In this document: positions 21,460 to 33,400 of the stretch, piece by piece
Position numbering within the stretch: the first letter of the stretch is position 1
Layout: every line of letters begins with the position of its first letter
Origin: Fimbriosthenelais zetlandica
Lineage: Eukaryota
Assembly: GCA_977030845.1 (NCBI GenBank)
Contig: OZ365114.1
Location: 15,190,001-15,254,000 of the forward strand
Length of the DNA: 64,000 nt
Reading direction: 5' to 3'
Made by a program: the position numbers and the translations under genes
Notes under the pieces: generated by a model
What the model saw: only the letters and a program-made list of their open reading frames with translations
Databases searched by the model: none
Told to the model about the DNA's origin: nothing

Positions 21460-24400
21460 CTGTAGTAAAGGAAAGAAGGCAAAAGCATAAGGGCCTGAAG
21501 GGCTGGCTATGAACAGAAGGGGACAAACAGAGGGGGTTCCATGCATATATGGATGATTTTATCATGATATAATGAGAAATATGATTGGTTTAATTGTGTT
21601 AGTAGGTGATTATATGACAAGTGATGAATGTGAAGGTGACTGACAAACACAAAAGCTGGAGTAGATGAGAATAGGGTTTGCTGAAAAGAAGTTTCAGAGG
21701 AAAAGTGAACTCTCATGTTGACATGTTGAGAGCATCTTGTATAGATGGCGTAGCTTCCCTTGCAAAGGGATAGTTGTGCCAAATGGACCTTTGCATATCC
21801 AACTCTGGAAAGGAATTACACCTCAATAAGGCAACAAGACACCCATCTTGCCAATTTTTTTTTGATTTATTGCTTTTTCATGTTATTTTGCTTATGTAAC
21901 AATTAAGGTCTTTATCCCAAACCCACAATATAGTTAACAAGAATGATCTATAAAGCAATTTATCCAAAAATAATATTACAGAAGGAAAGTGTCCATAGAA
22001 TGTGCAGAGATGCAGATATCGAATGTAATCATCCAAATGTGGTTGATGTACACCCCTCAGACAACAAGAAGCACAATGATCTTTTGATCATAACAAGCAA
22101 CACATACAAGAATAGAATAATCTACTTTAAGAAGCACACCTCAGAGTTACATACAGGGCAAACATTTGACACATTCAGTGTCCATTGTAAAACATCCAAA
22201 ATTGGATTGAAATTCTGCAAGTCACTGGGACCGGTGACCTTCTGAATTGGTGCAGCTACAGAGCTGCAGTATTCAAGTGTGGCAGTCTTCCTCTTCTAGT
22301 ACATGTAACAATTGTTGGTAACAAGTTCAAGGTAAAATATTACACTAATAGACTCTTAAAAGCTCATCGTTTTGAAAGCACTTGGTGTGATAATTTGAAA
22401 ATTGCTAGTAATGACTTCTGTCAAAAATTACTGAGAATACACGTTGGAATACTACAAAGCCTGTCAGGAAGTACTACCGAAGAAGGAATCACATGGAAAG
22501 CACAAGCTCACTGAATGCTATATCAGCGTTTGTCACAGTGTCATATTATCCGGAGAATTCTCTAATGTAGGCTCAAAAGGTTTACTTCCTGAATATCTAC
22601 CTCCGTATGTCGCGCTGTGTTTTGCAGAAGAATCTTCAGTACAAATACATGACACTTGGTGTTTACAACAGGCTCTCAATATTCCTTTAACTCTTTGTTT
22701 AGCGGAGTATGATGTTGGGACAGCTTTGTCATCTTTGTAGAGGCGAACTTTCACGATTTCATAGCATAGTGGGACCTGGAATAATATTGCACTGAGAATA
22801 AAGGGTTGCAGAGCATGTATGTGCTGCCCCTGTGAATTCCTCCTTCGTCAAGTGCTCCGACATGTCACCCTACCACAATACGGCCATGCTCACTACTGAT
22901 CTTCGTTTTATTTTGTGTAGGGCTATTATAGGGTTGGGTGAGGTGGAGGAACATGTTTGGATTTACTTGCCAGCCTCTGCAGCTGCAGCTTTCCTGAGCG
23001 TGGCCAAGGCTTTCATAGGATTCAGCAGCTTCTTACGGATATTCTGTAGCTGCTCAACCACCAACTTGTTCTCAGGGTCGATATCCAAAGTGTTTGGATC
23101 CTTGACAACAGTGGCTTTGATAAACCCTCGTTTAATGGCATCGCCAACATAGGTGTACTCTCCAGTGATATTGTGATAATAAGCTCCAGTCTCCTTGTCA
23201 AGAAGCCCCTTGCGAATAGCCTGGGAGAAGGACACTGTCTTCTTGGCCTTTTGGTCGACCACAGAATGGATGGCATAGGTCTTGGACACAATCTCGGGCT
23301 CGCCCACCTCAGCATCTTTGTCATACTCAACAAGAAGTAGATTGGAATCAATAGCATCAGCAAGGCTCATTGTATCATTGTCCATTGAGTTGAGGTATGT
23401 ACCATTCGTCTGATCCAGAATACCAGCAGCAATGGCCTCATCAACTGTCAGACGTCGCTCTGTCTTGGCATCGACCACAGCCTTCACTGTGTATGGACGG
23501 GACTCACGCTGTGTGCGGATCGTGATTAGACCAACATCTCGTCTTTTTTCTGCTGTTTTCTTCGTGGTTGTGAACTCAACCTGCAAAGATAATGACAGAC
23601 ATTATATTACTATTATCATGTATGCACCATTTTTCACTCTGAGTAGTGGCCTGGGTGTAAGATTAACAGGCTATTTATATTGGATCTAAAGGAAAGCAAA
23701 TGTCTACATCTACTCAAATATATAGGACTCATTGGATGTGTATTTCTTGGGAAGTTGTCATAGTATTCAGTAAGAATAGATCAAGATTGTAGTTGAGCTG
23801 ACCCATGGATTTATTTTCTGAAAATACCTTGATGAATCCAGCGTTCATGGCAACCGGGATCGGCCACTGTTCACCAGTCACTGTGTTCACGTAGGTACCA
23901 GAAGCAGAGTTGATGATGCCCTTGAGAACAGCATCCTGCATGGTGATCTCCTGCTGGTTGCTGGGGTCAATGACACCTGTTCAGGGGCACACAAAATGTC
24001 AGATCCATACAATGGCCAAATGATTATAATAATCGCGCTCTTGTTAGGTGATATAATTCCTGTCATTCTTATAGCAGCTTGGCCTTTGAAGGTGACTTTC
24101 ATCATTATGGGCAATTATGTCAGGTTATACTTCATAAATCAGAATTTATTTTTTCATTGGATATTTCACCACCCTTTTCATGCTTAATTTTCTTGCCGTT
24201 TAATCCTTACCATGACTATAATAATTCTATTTCTTAATTTATGTATTGTTGTTTTCCAAATTAGAGTTAATTTGACTTACATAACTACAACTACTTACTA
24301 CTTGGTTTCAACAATCTGATATATTATCATTTTTACTTTATTAAATTAAACAATTAAATTATATTTTAATGGTTACAAATCTATATCTAATGTCAAAGGG

Positions 24401-27400
24401 ATAAAATGCCACACATTCATGCATCACCATGCAATTGGCTGCAGGGTTTTGTAGTCCTATGCTTTGCTGAAAGAATGTGCCCTGGACTTAGGTTTAATTT
24501 TTCTTTATGGAGGTGTGAAGACATTGCAGTTATTGCCTATAATACCAGGCATCATCTATCCATTTGATAACTAGTTGGTATCCTTTGGGCAAATTGTTTA
24601 ATAAAAATAACTATAATATGTTTAAGGCCCAAGATCAATATTTGCGTAGTAAATTGGAGCATGGGGAAGCATGGGGGTGCGATCTGCGTTAACAACATTA
24701 GACATGGGAATACAAAAAAACATGACAAAAGTTGACTTTTCAACATTGAACAAGTGCGGAGCTATGCAAGAAAGTTCTCTGAAGCTTTAAAACACAACAA
24801 GTGGCTTTGACACAAACAGTTGTGAGAACTCTTTGCACAGAGTAATTTGGGAATTGCCATAAATTATGTATCTGAGATACATGGAAGTTTCTAATGAATC
24901 TTTGATACAGGCAGAGCTTGAAATATTCTGAATAGCACAAAATCATAATAGGCAATCATGGCCTCTTGAGTGGACAGATGCCTTTGGAACTAGATTGACC
25001 TTTTTGGTCTAGGAATATGAGTTGGGCAATGAGGTCGGGAATGGGTCGAATAAGACCATCCTTTAGATTCATGTTAATTGCAGACCCTTACATTTTAACT
25101 GGATTTAACGGGCCGAGACTCCCAAAATTCAGGATTATTTTAGAGGGGCAGAACTATGTCAGGTTGTCCACCTGAAGGTCTTGACTTTGATACACAACAC
25201 ATATCTTCGTAACGGCAGATAGCATCACATAAAGCCATTCAATTATATGGACAATACAAAAAGGACATCTGACAAAAAAGGGGAGAATGAAATGTAATAA
25301 TATCATCCTCAGTCATCACTGAACACTACCTGTAATGACAAATTTCCTAGTCTCCTCACGTTCACCCATGAGCACTGCTGCAGCTCCAGAGCTCTCACAT
25401 TGCTCCTCTTAATATTCAGATTAAGCACAATAATAGTGTTAGTGCTAGACAAAGTGACATATCTAAAAGTTCACGGGTTGGTTAGACCTTGAGAGTATGA
25501 TTTAAAACAACGTGGTGGTTATAAAAATTATAATCGGATCTTGGGGAACCTGGAATAAAGAAATCTATGTGAGTGCTCCTAAATGAAACAAATGTAAAGT
25601 ATTAAACTCATACAGGCGTACATGTTGAATATAAGTACAGCTAGGAGGCCAATTCAAATGTAGTGTGGTTTTGAGAGTGGTGAGGGTGTGACTTGGTATA
25701 TAACCTTAACTTTGTGTAATGTACACAGCAAAAACACAGGAAGAGGTAGAAAAAAACCTCTGTAGTATAACAAGGCAGCTCTGCGACAACACATAGTTTG
25801 ATGACGTCACTGATACCTGTGATGATGAAAGTTTGGCTCTCTTCTTTCTCCTCGACAATTATACTTTCTGTTGGCGATATTTCCTCTGATGGTTTTAAGG
25901 ATCATCAGGATAGACATTAGTTTTTGAGGACCAGGATTATAGACAGAAAGTCAGCGTTATATAGCACGCTATACATGTGTTTATTGAAGTGGTATTAGAT
26001 GGAATTATGTTATTTCAAGAAGGCATGTTATGTCACAAAAATGTTTAAATGAAGTCAATTTTAACATGCATTTATGTGATTATTCAACATTGTAAAGTTC
26101 ATAATATTAAATTATAACTGGGATATATGAGAAGAACCAATATTTCCCAGTCCTTATTGATTAAGTCATCATAATTATAAATCATAATGGTGAATGTATA
26201 GTGTCAGTGTGTGAGAAATGAAAATGAATGTGATAATGATTTGCATTATTTACAGTAATGATAGTTTAGGGTCTAGCTAAGAAAGAATAACAAACATTGT
26301 GACTAATCAGCAAGATATGCAGCAACACTTCAATCAAAAGGTTCATTTATGGTTGTGACCATTAATAAATCTTAAAGTACCCCCCACCCCTACCTATTCT
26401 TCGGGTACACAAAATGGCTCACAAATCTTCTTCAAGCCGCTGCGGCTATAATGAATTTTTTAAAATCCCAAGCATCTCCATTTGTGAAACACTTTGGTGA
26501 CCGCAGTAATTTGTTACTGTTATATAAAACTTTTATAATTCATTACAAATTGTACCTGTTCACCTTCATGGTCTGATGAGTCCGAAACCGCCTATGCCTA
26601 GAATAGCGTATATTTTGGTGAATGATCCCCACCCCCATCAACCTAGGCTTGATAGCCTTGGTCTATAAGGATAAACCCACACTCAACCTGTTGGTCAAAG
26701 CGTGGACCTATTTATAGCTCTATTTCTAAGTCACATGGTAGTCTCTGTACTTGTAGTGATCACGAATTACTTGAACTACCAGTAGTATTGGGCAAAGAGT
26801 CATTCTGGCGGTCACCTCCGAGTGAAGCAGGTAGGAACACTACCCTCGTATATACACACAAAAGGTTCCTTAATTAGTATAGAATCTCTTTAATTCTCAG
26901 AAATACTGAGTAGGAAATGCACTGAACAGTTCTCTTTATGAGATACGATGCACATCATACTATAGAAATCCCATTCTAAATTACGTGGCCAGTAATGAAG
27001 TCTTGCTGCATATCGTCAATCTAGTGAAACACTTTCTATGTCTATCAGACAAATAAATGCTCTCGTTTTGAACATCAAATTAACGCCCGATATTTCAAAT
27101 ATAATTGCTTAGAACCATTAAAGATTGGATTAATTTAGATGAATTGAAAATGGCCAAAATTAATGCTCAATGTGTCGCGAATAATTATCTAAAAACCCTC
27201 GTGAACCTCTATTGCATAAGGATTGATCAGATATATCATAATATTGGGCGATTGAATTAAATTTCATGATAGAGCATTTTATCTAATGATCTGCCTAAGG
27301 CAATTAACATGCATCAACCCAATTATATTCAACTTTCGATATAGTGACAGAACAAAATGATGAGACTGAGTAAGACAACAGTTACTGTTACAATATGTCA

Positions 27401-30400
27401 ATCAAACATATACAAAACTAAAGGTATACGATTACAAAACAATAGGTCTACTGCATTAAATGAAATGTAAATGAAAAGTGGCATACTCATTGGTTTCTAC
27501 ATGGTGCCAAAAGAAGTGATGTTAGCCACAGATAGACATAGGGCTCTAAATGCAGGAATGGCTATTTACATAGCGTGTTCATTATCAATACAGATGATCT
27601 AATTTAGCATACATGTTCAAATCATTATATAATATATAACAGAAAATATAAACCTACCGGTTATGACGAAAGTTTTCCTTTCCTCTTGCCGTGTGGTGCT
27701 AATCTGTTCCGAGGTAGCCGTTTCCACCCTGGCCCCCAAATCAGTCATGCCTTCAACCTCATCTCTGGAAGCTCCCAGGCTCATGCTCTGCGCGCTTGTA
27801 ATGACCTACAAAACCCATAACCAAGGTCAGAGAAAACACAAAGCAAAGTGAATCTGATTCAGGATTCCAGTACGGAAACATCCTAAATTGGGATCAAGCC
27901 ATTTACAGCAAAATTCAAATAGCTAAAGCATTGCCAGTCGATCTCATTCTTATTGGCGAAAGAGAATCTACATGTATCCTCTATATATACCATATGTATA
28001 CATCCATGGTATTTAAAGCACTTCATCTATAGATTTACTAAATTATTCATAAAATGGCATAAATTGAAAATTTAAGTACCAAAACGTTAGAGCTATCGTT
28101 ATGATTATTTCAATATACTGATATAAGCTCATTATGTTACAGCAGACAAAATGACACAATTTTAGGGTATAAGGAAATCTGGTAGTTCCAGACATTGGAG
28201 TTTAGACCACTTTTGGGTCCCACAAACAAGTGGGTCCCTGACATCACATAATTATCACTATAAGCACAGAGGAACAGTCATTGATGAACGCAGGGAAGGC
28301 TGTATGGCACTAAGCCCTCTGGGGACAGGGACTGGGAACCAACGACCGCTTGGCCTCGGCTCCTTCTAACACCACGGTCATGCCTATAAAGCATAACATA
28401 CATCATTTTATCATTAGAATAGAAATACCACAGTCAATGTCATGAGTATGAAATTCACCCATCACCCATTATTATCGGTCAGGTCATTTAATCCTGTCAA
28501 GGGTCACCCGGTAAGTCATTTGGAAAATGGGGATTAATGAGGAGGAAATTGAGATAGTGTATTTAAATGTTAAGTGCAGATTTGAAAAGGAAGTGTAAAT
28601 TTAAAGGAAATGGTGAGCCACATTATTGTGGTTTACTAAGTGCAGTAGTGAGTAAATGACATTTTAGAGAAATAATTTTAGACATATAGAAGCCAAACTT
28701 AATGAACATAAGCTTTGTTGCTTCAAAAGCAAAAAAGAAAAGACATATAAAGGTAGTCATGCAGGTTTTTGTGTGAAATGTTGAGATAGTGAAACATGTA
28801 AACTGTTTTGTTATTTTGAATCCAACATGAATGGAACGAGGTATATGAGTGTAACACTTTGGCAAGCACAGAACAATTCTGGTTTAGAACATCACGGGGT
28901 TCGAGGCTTCATACTGCAACATTTAACATGTAAAGCACATAATTTGGTTGCTAACACATTGGCACATGAATGGCAAATGGAAGGCACAATTTCTTGTATC
29001 ACGTTGGACCGCGATGCATAGAACAACATATAGCTTTCAAATATGGTTGAACATAATTCTCGAACATAATAATATTAATAGTGCACTTCTATTAGTTTGG
29101 TACTTAGTACATGCATCCCTCCCACTATTTTATAACTTTTATCGAAAAGACGGAATATCAAATTTAGGACTGATAAATTCCTGTAGCTTAAGAGTTTACT
29201 GATATTAGAATTGTTAAGCAATTAAACTAGGCCCAAAGCATTCCTTGTTCAAGTACCTCTTGCACCCTTTGTGCTCTGGTCTCAGAGAAGCCTGATCCAT
29301 AGGAGCCCTCCTCCATAGACTCAGTTACCTCGGAAGTAGCAGCACCTCTCAACTCTTCACCTGACCCCGCCACCAGTGATCTTGTGCCAGAGCTTTGTGT
29401 GGTTGTTGTTGTTTCTGAAAAGCCAGACCCAAAAGAGCCCATATCCCCTCCCTTTACAGTAGTGGTCGTCGTTTTCTCAAAGGAGTCTCCACTACCCGAG
29501 CTACCAACGTCAGCTGGGTATTGGCCTGATGTTTTGGTAGTGGTTGTGACAGTGGAAGACTTCATCCCGTACCCAAAGGACCCCTCGCCTGCTTCACCAA
29601 CGGTAGCGTCAACCTCAGGTCCTGCCGTAGAGGAAACAGTCTTGGTCACTGTCTTTGTCCCGTATTGCGAGACTTCAGCTCCCATTTCAGAACCAGCAGC
29701 AAAATCATCACCAGGAGCAGCAGAAATAGTGGTAGCAGTTGTTCTTGTTACTGTTTTAGATTCACCAGGGATAACTTCTCTTATAATCTCACCCCCACCA
29801 CCGCTGGTTTCAATCACAGTTGTTTTGCTGGATGTGGCTTGCTGCTGGCCTCCCATGGGAACTGAAGCCTCCCCTTGAATTTGTTCTGTCCGTGTAACAG
29901 TCGTAACAGTCGTCGTTTTTGAACCTGACTGGTCTGAGTACTGTCTTTCCTCTACAGCAGCACTGGGTTGACCACTACGGATGACTGTTGTTCTTTCCTC
30001 AATCACGCGCTCGCCGCCAGTGACCATAGAACCTGAACCTGGCATTGTGGCACCAGGACCCTGTTCCAAGGTCACTGCCTCAGCCTTGGTGATCTCTGTG
30101 ATGCCCAATGCTGGTGCTTCTGATGTTCTTACTACCTCTTCAACAGTGGTTGTTCGAGTCATCATCCAGCGCTTCAGCCATTCCAGGAACTCATCCTGAT
30201 CTTCCTCATTGAATCCAAATCCAGTATGCCAGCGTCTGCGAGTAATTTCACATAAAAAGCATAAACCCCCTCATGTGTCACAAGAATCTCTTATGAATTT
30301 ACAATTATCTGGTTAATTCCGTTATTCTGAGTACTAAAACACACGTAGAAGTTATTTGTTAGGGTACCAACCTGCGCAATTCGTCCATGTCCAAGTATTT

Positions 30401-33400
30401 AAGTTGTTGCCATCTCTCAACAATAAGTAGAAACTCAGGAGACCGACAGGCCTCGCACATGATACGGAATGTGTCCCAGAAGGTCCAAAAGTCCTGATGT
30501 TCCAAACAAAATGAGGATGAGAGATATCAAGACTAATTAGCTGCTTTGTATATTAACCTATTTACAAATTTGATGTATAGTGTGACATATGAAAACAAGT
30601 ATTTGATATTATGAATAACCCACCTTATATCTTTTCAGCAGCTCTTCAACGGTACCAAACTTGGCAACTAGGTCGTTAGTGAACTCAGCATCTGCAAGTA
30701 AAGTATCCAGTTACCGGTAAGTAATGACTAATCTTCAGAACCTAAATGCGCTTTTTGTCCGTTTTCTGAGATTTATGTAGTTACTTTTTCTTCACAATCT
30801 TACCATAGTCTTTTGGATTTCCATTTTGGTCCAGGATTGACCTGAGAGTTTGAATGCGAGTTTGCAGCTCTTGGAATCCCTTGTAATCAGCCCAGTGTGG
30901 AAGAAGGCACTCCTCAATGTAAGTAAGGCATCTCCTAATATCATTCTTCTTATCTGCTGGAATAGCTTTCAGTTTCTTGACCTAAAAATGAAGAAAGGCA
31001 TTCATGAATGTGCGATTGACAGTAGAAGCAGGTGATAGTGTTCTTGTATGATGGGCTGTTGCTCACCTCATCATCAGTCCAGTCCCTGAGGCAGAGAATC
31101 ATGAACCAGATGAGAGACTTGCCAATCCTCTTGATGTTCTGTGTCCAGACAGCGAGAAGCTGCATCCTGAGTTTAAAGGCGGAGTCAATAGCAGCAGGGT
31201 CAGGGCCTGGGATAACCAGGATCACAGAAGGCACGTTGGTCTCTTTATTGTGCATGTTCTTCACCTGAAGGAAAAATGAAGCATGAAATGAAACAGAAAA
31301 TTTGCGCAGACAAATCGCAGGTAAAAGAATCTGAGTGGAGAGCTACCCCAAAATGGATTACTTAAAAATATATCCAGATTTATTATATATATTTACCTGC
31401 CAGCTCTGACTATCAGCATTATCAGTCAGTGTTAGCTCCTCTCCCTCGCGCACGATCATCTAAAAACAGAATTAAGTATTGATATCTTGCAGTCACTTTG
31501 TCACAAGGCAGTCCTGGCTGAAGACTTGATGACTGATAAAGCCATCAGTGTTTTAGGCCAATACAAACAAGACTAGAATGGAGTGGATAAGTCATATACT
31601 CACCTCCTTTGTCTTATAGTCGCAGAGTGCAGATACTGGACGGAAGTAGTCCAGTTTCTTTGTCCGGAGATGTACCGGTATGACCTTTCGGCTCTGGTCA
31701 AACAGGGCATCGATTTTCCCATGCCAGTGCAGGAACATGGTCAGAACTTCCTGAAATTTGAATTTAGTGGATGTTAAATACCCTAAAATCCAGAGTCAAA
31801 GTTCAAATAACTGATGTCTAAGTGTCATATAAGCTTAAAGTGCCACTAACTTTGAGATCGAGCAAGAGTCTGTCTGCTTCGTCTTTATTGGCGGGCATGT
31901 CCTCCTTTGCTGAAACCTTCTGTGTGGCTTTCTTCAAATCTGCTGGCATCCACTCGTCATACTCAGCAGCCGTGTGAAAAAACTGAAATTGATAGTTAGT
32001 TAAGGTTGTTTGTTAGATGATACATTTTATCCATTGTAGGTGTTCGTCTTGTTGAAAGGCAGCATGCCTCTTACCACAGAGGGTGGTGATGTAGGAAAGT
32101 CACAAATATTTTATTCTGAAACCGACTAATGTCAATACTCATATGTAGACTTATTAAAACTGACCTGGTGGTAGTCAGAGACATGTTTGAGATGGGTGTC
32201 AGCGCATTTTACTAGTTTGGAGATCCAACACCAGTTGGCACGCACTGCTAGTATACAGTTCTGAAACAAACAGGAAGAAGCTTTCAGATTATTGGATAAT
32301 ATCAGATTGCTTTGAGCAATATATGACAAGAATCAGTCCTCTATAATTGTAGTGCACTACATTATACAATAGCCTACTTAAGTAAATTCTATATATACCT
32401 GAGCTGCCTTCGCCACTCCCTCAGATGTGTCCTGTTGTCCAGCTTGTGCTGCTGCTCTCTCGACTTCTGTCTCAACGAGTTTTGTAGCTTTTTGTGCGAA
32501 CTCAGACGTCAGTTTCTGAAGAAAGAACAGTCTCAGATTCATTTCAACAGTTCCTTACCGCAGCAAGTTCAGCTGCATATGTTACACTGTAAAATGTTAG
32601 TGTGATATTTTTACATTGTTCTTAATCTCATGGATAGCCTCTTTCTTATCCGCAAGTGTGGTTAAGGAGGTGCATGTATTGGACTGGAACTATTTTAATG
32701 AGTAAGACATGCTACAAACAGCACTACTTCACAATTGTTAGAAACAGAAACACTGTCAAATACTTTACAATCTACACACTGTGCAGTAACGTAAATCTAT
32801 ACACATCGGAGTATTTAAACCCGAAACTATGCCATTTAGATTGAGTGGTGATGCCCAAAATGACTTTATATAGTGAAACCCAAAAGGGAAAGTGCGCCAG
32901 TGAGGAATGAAACAACTGGGGGAAAGTACGGTTTGGTGGTAGTGACAGAATAGAAAAAAGTCACCTTTAGTGATGGACTGACAATGGCATTTATTGTGTG
33001 ATTCATTTCATTGTGTGTCAACTAATGAGAGATGGTAATATTAGAACCAGCATCATACATACCGTACATGGTTAATGAGGTGAAATAAACAGTAACTAGA
33101 TGTAATCAATACTTTTAAAATTAAATTAAAATTAAAGTCCTTCCCAGTATATAAACCCTTGAACCGTAATATTAGATACCCGTTGTATATTAATACATGT
33201 ATCATATGTCTCATCTTCATTGAGTTCAGATGGAATTATTTTGGATTATTGAATGGCTGAGAATACAATAAGTAGTAAATATTAGAATAGCTTGATTCAA
33301 CTCACCCCAAAGAGATTCTCCAGGCCAGCAATCTGTTGGATGTCCTCGAGGCAGTGAAGCCTCTTGGATGCCACTTCCTGAAGCAAGAGATTATAAGTTG

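Noticed and set aside
22533-22779. Intermediate exon between the plectin-repeat and KASH exons
   Set aside because: Phases 1 and 2 hit stops within a few codons, and the phase-0 frame has no matching upstream donor; more likely 3' UTR of the short isoform.
28300-28383. Exon candidate GMTVVLEGAEAKRS...
   Set aside because: Reasonable acceptor but no good donor, and its phase does not fit the neighbouring confident exons.
32559-32586. 28-nt exon candidate VTYAAELAA
   Set aside because: Needs a phase-2 predecessor that is absent and leaves only a 43-nt intron; the flanking exons already join in frame.
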